Source: Squalus acanthias
Taxonomy: Eukaryota
Length of the DNA: 64,000 nucleotides
NCBI GenBank assembly: GCA_030390025.1
Contig: CM059432.1
Span: 47,556,001 to 47,620,000, forward strand
Direction of reading: 5' to 3'
The notes under the pieces are model-generated. The model had not been told where the DNA came from. It did not search any database and saw only the letters and a program-made list of their open reading frames with translations. How positions within the stretch are numbered: the stretch's first letter is position 1; every line of letters begins with the position of its first letter. Both the position numbers and the translations under genes were made by a program. Positions 54,362 through 64,000 of this stretch are shown here, piece by piece.

Positions 54362-56209
54362 ATAATCTTTTGCCCAAAAGAAGCCTTAGTTGTGCTGAGT
54401 GTAAATAAAATGGCTGTGAAATTCGGCACCTTAGCACTGGCTGATAAGGCCGGTTTCAGCATAAAAATGGCGGCTGCCTCGCTTCTGGCCACTTCCGGCG
54501 GGGCCCACAGCAGCCGCCATTTTGGGCAGGTCAGCAGCGCAGCCATTGCCTGCATTTGCCAGAAAAATGTTGATCAGTCAGATCGTGACGTCAATGAGTG
54601 TGCAACGCTGATTTGATGCACGACCTGCCATTTTGGACGTCGCCGTTCCATTCAATGCCCTCTCCAAAACACGAATAGCTGAACGTGACATCAGCTACAC
54701 GAGTCACCCCCCGACCAGCGGTATTTAAAGAGATCATCAACAACTTGCAGGTGACTTGCTGTTTGATTTCTACTGGTACTGTGTAGACTGCACTCGATAT
54801 TGGCCCCCCTGCTGAGTGCTGAGCCAACCAGCAGCACGTTTGGCACGCACCTCAGTGCTCCAATCTCAATAATGAGCATGCAGCACGAATTTTGCGTGCT
54901 GCCTGCACCACTTTGAATGGGCGCTGGCAGATCGCGCTTCGTGCTCCCCACGCCCGTTTTCGGGCCCAATCCCATTTCACCCCGCACGAGTTCAAAAAAA
55001 ACTGCAAGCTGCATTCATAGGTAAGAAAATTCTTTTTGAATCATGCTGCCAACACACACCACGGAGGCAATTTTTACTTTAGGTGATAATGTAAAATGGG
55101 TGATAGTGATTCAACCGCTCATTATACATCTCTCAAGATTTTCATCGACTTCAATGGAAATGACAATCGGAAGAGTGTCCAGTGAGCGCACAAATTCCCA
55201 AATGCCGAATTACAGAACTGTAATGGAACGAAGCAAATTTGAATGTTGAGCTTACAGTGGAATTAGGATGATGTCCTCAGATCCTTATCCAGTATTACAA
55301 AGTCTATACATTAGGAATTGCAAACCAGAAATTCAGATATCCATACAGCTCAAACCACAAAGCTGCCTTGCAGCCATATCCACTATAAAAACAGGCTATC
55401 AATGGAGAGTGGACAATAGAATGCTCCATCAAGCAACTGTCTTAAAAATTATTTCATGCAGATTATGCAGATCTAAAAGTCAAGCGTGAAATCATTGTCG
55501 TAAAGCTGCACCCCTGAACTACCAAGGTCATTAGTTTCCATTGCATAACATGCATACTGAGCAAATGATAACATTTCATCTCTTGCCTACATATTAAACA
55601 ATTTTTCCCTTCATTTTTCTATCCATCCATAGTTCTCTGACCATATTTTGTCTATCCATTTACTAAACAATTCTTGCAACAATTTAGTTTAACTTTAGGC
55701 AGTAGTGTTATTGAAAAATTCTAGTTTAATCTTGCTTACATTTTGACTATTTTTTCCATGAAGTAGATAAACTCTTACCCACACACCTGCTCACAATTTA
55801 ACTAACTATACAAATCATTCAAAAATCTATTTCTAGTTTTGAGCCATGAAAGTTAACACTCATTTTGAAGGCATTTCTTTCTAAAACTTTTAAAGCTGCC
55901 AGTTACAAACATTTGAGACAAGTTGTGTTGTTTTTAGAAAACTTTAGTATGCATCGACTTTCCAGTAAATGGCACACTATACTAATTACTCCGTACAAAT
56001 GGCCACAGTAATTTTTGTGCATTTTCACAGTAACATCAGCGATTTCTTGTTTCCTGTTCAGTTACATTAAACAGTGCGTATATTTTTTCCAATTTTCCAG
56101 ACAGATGTTTCTGGAGTGATTTATTTTTACTGCCCTAAATCACATTTAAAGAGGCCATGTCTCATTCAGGAATTTATCTGGCTACATTTCAAGCAAAGTC
56201 TTTACACAC

Positions 56210-56276
56210 CTTGTTCTAGCCCTTGTAGAAGTTTCACCTCCATTTACGTGAATGGCGTCTCCATTCTGCTGAACTT
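56210..56276 (-). CDS. WWP1: WWP1 exon, linker (67 nt)
   Basis: (K)VQQNGDAIHVNGGETSTRART(R); CAG acceptor, GTGTGT donor; phase 2 end fits next exon. Confidence 0.85.
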
Positions 56277-56409
56277 CTGTGCAAAAGAATTTCAGTTAAA
56301 TGGATATACTTTTAACAGGCTCTAGAAAACTATTTTAAAGTAACTGGTAGTAGAAATATACAATATGTTTATTATACTGGCCATCAGGCTATGCATGACA
56401 TTTACTCAC

Positions 56410-56547
56410 TGGTTGTTGATGCAGTGCCATTAGGTACAGATTCCTGATCCACTGTCATACCATCGAGGAAAACAGTCAGGTCACCCGTTTGTACTACCCC
56501 ATTCTTATTTTCCAATGTGAGTTTCAATACTTCTTTAACATTCTCCA
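56410..56547 (-). CDS. WWP1: WWP1 exon, C2 domain end (138 nt)
   Basis: (L)ENVKEVLKLTLENKNGVVQTGDLTVFLDGMTVDQESVPNGTASTT; TAG/GTGAG. Confidence 0.93.
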
Positions 56548-56784
56548 CTATTGAAAAACAAAGTGGGGATATTACAATAACATTTTGGTTGTTTATAAAT
56601 CTACAGCAACAATAACTTCACTGTGTAATCAGAACGATAAAATGTTTTATTTCTTGTTGTAGAAAACTATGATGTTATAATGTACATTCAAAAGGTAACA
56701 TCTAAATTCTAGCTTTTAGTTAGAAATAATCATAATCAAAACGATGACAAACCAAGTTATTACTACTGACAATAACTTGCATAT

Positions 56785-56790
<6 letters not shown>

Positions 56791-56840
<50 letters not shown>
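56791..56840. repeat. (TA)n microsatellite
   Basis: About 25 perfect TA units; a shorter array at 36194-36227. Confidence 0.95.
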
Positions 56841-56842
<2 letters not shown>

Positions 56843-57752
56843 TATATAGTCTTTAATATAGAAAAATACCCTAAGGCATTTCAAAGAGAAGCAAGAAAGA
56901 AAAAAGGACGTTGAGCCAAAGGAGGAGATATTAGGAGGGGTGACCAAAACCTATGGTCAAAGAGGTCGGTTTTAAGGAAAGTCTTAAAGGAGGAAAGAGA
57001 GGTGGAGAGAGGCAGAGATGTTTAGAAAGGAATTCCTGAATGGGGGGGGTTAAGGCAGCTCAAGGCAGAACCACCAATGAAGGGCCAATGGAGGAGAATG
57101 CAAAAGAGGCCAGTGTCAGAGGAAGAGAGAGTTTGAAGAAGGAGGAACTGTAGCTGATGCCGGACTGCACATTTCCCCAACAAGCTCAGCTTCTGGTGCT
57201 AACAGCACCTATGATACAAATAGCATTCAATTTATTAGACCTGGATAATAAGTATTCACATTCATGCTCAGATCAGATCACACGTACCACGATGAGGATA
57301 ATGCGCCTATACTCTCTGGAGTTTAGAAGAATGAGACGTGATCTCATTGAAACATAAAAGATTCTGAGGGGGTTGGAGGTCTAGAATTAGGGGGCACTGT
57401 CTCAGGATAAAGGGTTGGCCAATTAAGACTGTGAGAAGGAGGAATTTTTTCCACTCAGAGGGTTGTGAATCTTTGGAATTCTCTACCCCAGAGGGCTGTG
57501 GATTCAAGGCTGAGATAGATAGATTTTTGGACTCTAAGGGAATCAAGGAGTATGGGGATCGGGCAGGAAAGTGGAGTTGAGGTCGAAGATCAGCCATGAT
57601 CTTATTGAATGGCGGAGCAGGCTTGAGGGGCCATATGGCCTACTCCTGCTCCTATTTCTTATGTTCTTGTGCTTACATTACAGGATTGCCTCCTACAATA
57701 CCCTTGCTGTTGCAGGCAACCCTGCAAGGTAAATGGGTCTTGTGGTAAATCA

Positions 57753-57941
<189 letters not shown>

Positions 57942-58830
57942 TTATAACTTATATGTTTGTGTGACACAATTAAGTGAAATAATAGAAGCAATATACTCAA
58001 TCATATCTTAATTCATGGTTATTCTGAAAGATCATATGCATGCCCTATGGCTGCATTAAACATTTTAAGATAACAAATTAAAGACTCCTGTAGTACATAA
58101 AGGGCGCTCTGTCGCTGGAAATTTTCTGACGTGACATTTTAACGATGAAGATGTAGCTGGTGAAGACTGCTTAAAGGGGACAGTTCGATACTTTTGATCA
58201 TTACAAATAAGTGAGGTTAAAAGTGAACTTATTTTTTGATACTTGATAACCCAGAAATTAACTTTCTTCTACTCAATGGTATTCCATTTACTGCAGAAAA
58301 CCAAAAAAGCCACACTGAAAACTAGGAAATCTGCATAAAAGCTTAAAGCTCGGAGTGAGTAAGGGGCATTCAGCCCATCAAGCTCACTTGATTGGCCATG
58401 TATGATTATTCTATCGTGGACTTCCCCCACTCTATCCCTAGCCAGTACGGTAGTTTCCTGGGTTGGGCAGTTGAGGATTGGCTCAGCAAAGGTGAAGCCA
58501 CAATCCCTGCTGTTTCTAACAAAGCTGCTCGGGGAAACACCCGTATGCTGCCTGCCAGTGAAGTCACTGAAGCAGCTTAGCAGGAAGAGAGACTCAACTC
58601 AATGCCAGCAAAAAATTATTCCTCCTGGATTTTCTTCCCTTTAAGCATAATTTTGGTATTGTGCCTACGCACAATTCCAAAAAACTCAATTTCACCAGTT
58701 GTACAGAGCAATTCACTGTGTAATTTTGCGATAGGTTAGGAACATATCCTCAAGGAGGTATATATTAACATGTTATACATTGAAAATAACGTCATAGAAG
58801 GTTAATTATTCATTTTATAATTGTGCTTAC

Positions 58831-58969
58831 ATTGTTAAATGCTCATCCCATTTTGGATTGGAAGAACTATTTGATTTTGCAGATTTCTTTAGTTCTCCGT
58901 CTGCTGATAATTCCACATAGATTGCAGTTCCAAACCAATTCTTTCTTCTTTTTAGTTTTGCAGAAGCAA
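58831..58969 (-). CDS. WWP1: WWP1 exon, C2 domain part 1 (139 nt)
   Basis: (V)ASAKLKRRKNWFGTAIYVELSADGELKKSAKSNSSSNPKWDEHLT; acceptor AG 58970-71, donor GTAAG. Confidence 0.95.
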
Positions 58970-59692
58970 CTATTAAGTAAAATTGTGGTACAAATTTAAG
59001 TAAATGCATATGGTAAATCTCTTACAAGCCCAGTTGATGGAATAGAAGCTGTATTACACAAATTCTATTTAGACTGTATCATGCTGAACTGTATTACCAA
59101 ATACTCAGCAATGAAAATGTCTTTTTCTTAAAAACTTCATGCCATATTTAAATTCAGGACAATAAACGGTTCCACATTTCATCATTCCCCATTTCACCTT
59201 AAAATATATATCTTTGCAAAGCCACTATTTTCACCCCACATACATGAATATCTTCTATTGCAATTTATACTTAAATAATGATATACATGATTCAAATTTT
59301 TAAGATTTTTCTATTAATAGCAATAAATGTAAATATTTAGAGACATCATCAGTATTTCATTGTCAGCTGAAAAGAATCTGGATTAGCAGGATTCTGTTTA
59401 AACATATTATGAAAGTTCTGATGATCTCGCCTGACGCGAGATAGCCAAGTAAGTGTAAGAACACAAGAAAAGCCAAGGATAAGAAAAGGTCTAAATCTCT
59501 CATTATGGTATTAACTGTATTTTGACCACTAGTGTTTTTGCTTATAGTCCCCAAATCGGCAGATTATTCCAATCATTTATCGCACTGGCTAAAACCGATT
59601 TTTACTGATTTTTTTTTGTTTACTTTTCATTAATTTAAATGCATGTCCTCGAGTCCTACTTTCTTGTCTTACTTTGAATAATATTCTGGGTT

Positions 59693-60490
59693 TTGGGAAG
59701 CCGCTGTCTTCGGTCCCCACCACAAGCTCCGTGCCCAAGCCATCAACTCCGTCCCTCTCTCTGGCAACTGTCTGAGGCTGAACCAGACTGTTTACAATCT
59801 TGGTGTCGTATTTGACCCGGAGAGGAGCTTCCAACCATATATCCACGCCATTACTAAAAGTGCCTATTTCCAGCTCCATAACAGCATCCGTCTCCGCCCC
59901 TGCCTCAGCTCATCTGCTGCTAAAACCCTCATCATGCCTTTGTTACCTCTAGACTTGACTATTGCAAAGTACTCCTGCCCGGCCTCAATTCTTCCACCCT
60001 TCATAAACTTAAGCTCATCCAAAACTCTACTGCCCGTATCCTAACTTGCACCAAGTCCCATTCAGCTATCACCTCTGGGCTCGCCGACCTCCCGAAGCAA
60101 CGCCATGATTTTAAAATTCTCATCTTTGTTTTCAAATCCCTCCATGGCCTCGCCCCTCCCTATCTCTCTAACCTCCTCCAGCTGTACAACCCTCCACGAT
60201 ATCTGCGCTCCTCAAATTCTGGCCTCTTGCGCATCCCCGATTTTAATCGCTCTACGATTGGCGGCCGTGCCTTCAGCTGCCGAGGCCCTAAGCTCTGGAA
60301 TTCCCTCCCTAAACCTCCACCTCTCTTTCCTCCTTTAAGATGTTCCTTAAAACCTACCTCTTTGACCAATTCTGCTCTAATATCTCCCCATGTGGTGTGA
60401 TGTCAAATTTTGTTTGATAATGCTCCTGTGATGTGCTTTCGGACATTTTACTACGTTAAAGGCGCTATATAAATGCAAGTTCTTGTTGTT
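59693..60490 (+). mobile_element. L2 3' fragment
   Basis: Same family; older fragments also at about 27060-27480, 33230-33535, 46850-47320, 52885-53420 (-), 56840-57150 (-). Confidence 0.82.
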
Positions 60491-61459
60491 TTTCAGTTCT
60501 AGATACCACACTACAAAACAAGTGTGGTCCAACCAATGCATTGTGAAACCTTAGCACAACTTCAGTCAATTTGTATTCTGCTATTCTGGGTATGTAACTT
60601 AGCATTTCTATTAGTTTTTTTTTAATTGCTTTGCTACATTGTATACACATTAAAAGTGATAAGCCTACTATTACAGAGAGATCTATTTCCAATTCTCCTG
60701 AACTCATTTAATGGATTTTTTGTCAATTTTTAAAATCTTATAATATAGTCCTGTGTAGCACCTTGGGACGCTTTACAACAACTTGTATTTATATAGCGCC
60801 TTTAACATAGTAAAATGTCCCAAGGCGCTACACAGGAGTATTTTAAGATAAAAAATTACATTAAATGTGCTATATAAATACAAGTTGTTGTTGGTGTTGG
60901 ATAATTTAGCAACACAAGGTTCCTGGCAATATCACGGTTCAGAAGATAGATTATAGCTGATTGCACCCTGTGCTCCCCTCTCGGGTGGCTCCATGCTAGG
61001 ATTAGGAACTTTCAAAGTGAAGCCCTCAATTACCTTCACTGTATAATCCAGAAGCTGGGGTTGTTCTCCTTGGGGCAGAGAAGGCCAAGAGGAGATTTGA
61101 GAGAGGTGTTTAAAATCATAAAGGGTTTAGATAGAGTAAATACAGAGAAACTGTGTCCAATGGCTGAAGGGTTGATAACAAGAGGGCACAGATTTAAGGT
61201 GACTGGCAAAAGAACCAGAGGCGACATGAGGAAAATCTTTTTTATGCAACAAGTGGTTTGGATTTGGAATGCACTGTGATAGGGTGGTGGATATAGATTC
61301 AATAGTAGCCTTCAAAGTGGAAATGGATAAATACTTGAAGGAGAAATAAAATTGCAGGGATATGGGGAAAGAGCAGGGGATTGCTGGATTGCTCTTCGAA
61401 AGAGTCGGCGCAGACTCGATGGGCCGAATGGCCTCCTTCTGTGCTGTACTATTCTATGA

Positions 61460-62020
61460 TTCACTGACTTATTTATGTTTCTAACTGCACGCCCACATAG
61501 ATCAATTTGCAAGTAAATGGAGTTGAAAGTTTCAAAATATGTCAACATTTCCATTTCACCCTTCTCCATCATGAATTCTTTCATTTACTGAATCACATTG
61601 TTTAAGTCTGCATAGGCAGCAGGTGACTGCTCTCTATTTGGCAACAGGTATCCATCCACTGATATCACTGACAGTCTCCTTCCAATTCGCTGTTACTGTA
61701 CTCTACATCAACAGACCATGGACAAATCTATTGACAGTGTTAATGACTGATAGCACGCAAAGTTTTGCTCACCAATTCCAAACCTTGCGATTGTCATCTG
61801 TTAAATCATGAAAGTACTCAATGATAGTGCCAAATTCGAGACAGTCTCATGTTTGCTTAATCCAATAAATGGCATTAGGGACAGTAACGCACTTCAACAC
61901 ATCTGAAGCACTGTCACTTGTGTCAATGTTGGAAAGCAATGGCCTGCACAGAAATTTTCTGTAGATAGCCTTCATACACTTTTTAATACCTTCACCCAAC
62001 AGCTGGAGTTTAGATTTATG
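61460..62020 (-). pseudogene. Decayed pogo/Tigger DDD transposase fragment
   Basis: Hand translation KSKLQLLGEGIKKCMKAIYRKFLCRPLLSNIDTSDSASDVLKCVTVPNAIYWIKQT*DCLEFGTIIEYF resembles the pogo motif TSKLQPLDQGII..LK..YR..DAI.W...W..V...TI..CF. Confidence 0.72.
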
Positions 62021-64000
62021 CTTGCACCTATTTAACTTCCATACTTCTGTTTAGGTGGAAGTTATCCTCAATAGTACATTCCTATCAGTATTTGGGGGTT
62101 GTAGGGGATATCAGCTTTAGTTTGGACACTTCTTGAAGACAGCATTGGGCAGGGGGTTACTTTGGTCTTTCTCCAATGACAGAAAGCCCCAATGTAGGTT
62201 AAACTTGTAATATACAAGACATGAATGAAAATAGTGCCCTGAAGCACTGGAGACCTACCTACCTCTGGTACCAAATTACAAAATCTACTATGGAGGGCTG
62301 AATTGTTCCAATCTTACTCAAAGTGCATAATTTATTTGATGGAATATAATGGGAAGCATGCCTACAATTTCCTGATATGCACTCCTGGTGAGTGAGGTTC
62401 CATGCCAGCAGCATGTATTCATAACATTTATCCCATGGTGCCCCCGAGGGAAAGGAGCCCAAATTTGGACTTCAAACTTTGATTGCCATTGCTCGAGGGC
62501 CCATTATCCAATTCCATTACCCACCACTGATATTAGGAAAATAAGAGACCTTAAATCACAAAACAAAGTGGTATCATCATGCTAAAATGCAGTACAACTG
62601 TTATTGAAGCAGCAGCCTGGTCTTCAAGGACAAGGTTTAGAGAAGCAAAGTGGACACACACAGGTGTGAACGAGCTTGCTTCCGAAAAGAACTCAGGAGA
62701 CCCTGGACAGGAAAAAGATCAATTTGGTAAAAAACAGAACAGTGGTTTTAGGTCACAGATGTAATGTTTCAGAATTTACAGATACGCATAGAAGGCTCCC
62801 AACATTCCTGTTTAAAAAGAGTATCTGATCACTTCAGTTTGGTGGTGATCTGACTAAAAGTATCCAAAATAATATAGGAATACAGGTTATTGTTCAGAGA
62901 CAAACTAATATTGTACAACAATATAAATCACTTTTATTGCACAGGAGAACCACAATTTAAGAAAACTGCACTTCAGTAAACTCAACCCAGCTTTATGTTT
63001 CAGTAGGATAACAGTGCAAATCAGATTAAGATAACTGTGTCCCCTCTAGGCTCCCAAATGAAAAAAGGAAAGATAAACAAGAGTTTCCATACATGCCGAC
63101 CGAGAAAAGTGGCAAAGAGCTTGCCAACAGCTTCAAAAAACTTGAGAGTCTTCAAACAGCTAACATAAGAATGGCTCTGATTATAAGCTTATAACAAGTG
63201 AGAACAAGTAGTTGCATAGGATTTGTAACCTCAGCTATAAGTATACCCAATACTACTTCATTTGTATTGGAGGATATAAAATATTTGTGCAAGAAATCAT
63301 GATGGTAGAAATATAAATGTTGCAGACATAAAATTGGTAGTGGATTTCAATGTGTGGCCGGGGGCGGAGGGGGGAGACAGACACGCCCTTCACAAAAAAT
63401 TTAAATTTTTGCATTAATCACTGTGCATTCTGTTTAATTTTAAGTACTTTTCTACTTCACAATTGATACATTTTTAATCTAAAAAAAGTTAAATTTTGAT
63501 TTCAACAAACCAAGACAGACCTAAAAATTGCCTTAAAATGACCGTAACAATCACTCTTGCACGTTCCCAGGACTTTTACCCCTTTGGACTGAGCTCACAG
63601 AGACACCCAATTACCCACCATTTCACCATCCCACCCAGTTCATACTATCACTCCCATGATTCATCACTCACTCACGTGCAATACACACAATGTATCAGCA
63701 CAGCCAGTGAAACTTTCATCTCAAAGTTCAGGTTCCACTCAGAACGGCAGGTTTATTTGGGGAAATCTACTCAGATGTGCCACCCAGCATCCCGCCACCC
63801 CCCCCCCCCCCCCCCCGCCGCCCCCACTTACCCAGTTCACAATGACAATCTTCCACCCTCCAATTCAAGCTGGTTCTCTTTTCCACTCCAGTTTATGCTG
63901 GCATTCTTTCTCTCTTTCCTCCACCCAGTTCAAATGGGCACTCTCCTTCATCCCACACCCCAAAGCAGCACTCACAGCTTCTCCCCTTATCCCCTCGCAA

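Noticed and set aside
59000..64000. Search for the WWP1 start-codon exon
   Set aside because: No convincing MATAS-like exon with a phase-1 donor found; probably outside the window

Overview
Vertebrate genomic DNA, inferred to be from a cartilaginous fish (shark) because of its CR1/L2/Deu-SINE/Penelope repeat content. The window lies inside one minus-strand gene, the NEDD4-family HECT E3 ligase WWP1. I traced 16 internal coding exons (C2 domain, Ser/Thr-rich linker, four WW domains, N-terminal HECT). All have GT-AG introns with consistent phases and total 2143 nt. I found neither the start-codon exon nor the last HECT exons in the window. The introns are packed with retroelements (CR1, L2, RTE, a Zenon-like LINE, SINEs), GC-rich MITE-like elements and a decayed pogo/Tigger transposase. 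The most striking non-genic signal is a set of Penelope-like element (PLE) derivatives carrying minimal type-I hammerhead ribozyme motifs: four near-intact copies with stem covariation and three decayed ones. They occur in a GIY-YIG-encoding PLE, a 271-bp-arm fold-back insertion, a second fold-back family and a 113-bp insertion that is little more than the ribozyme end. TE boundaries are approximate unless a target-site duplication (TSD) is quoted.
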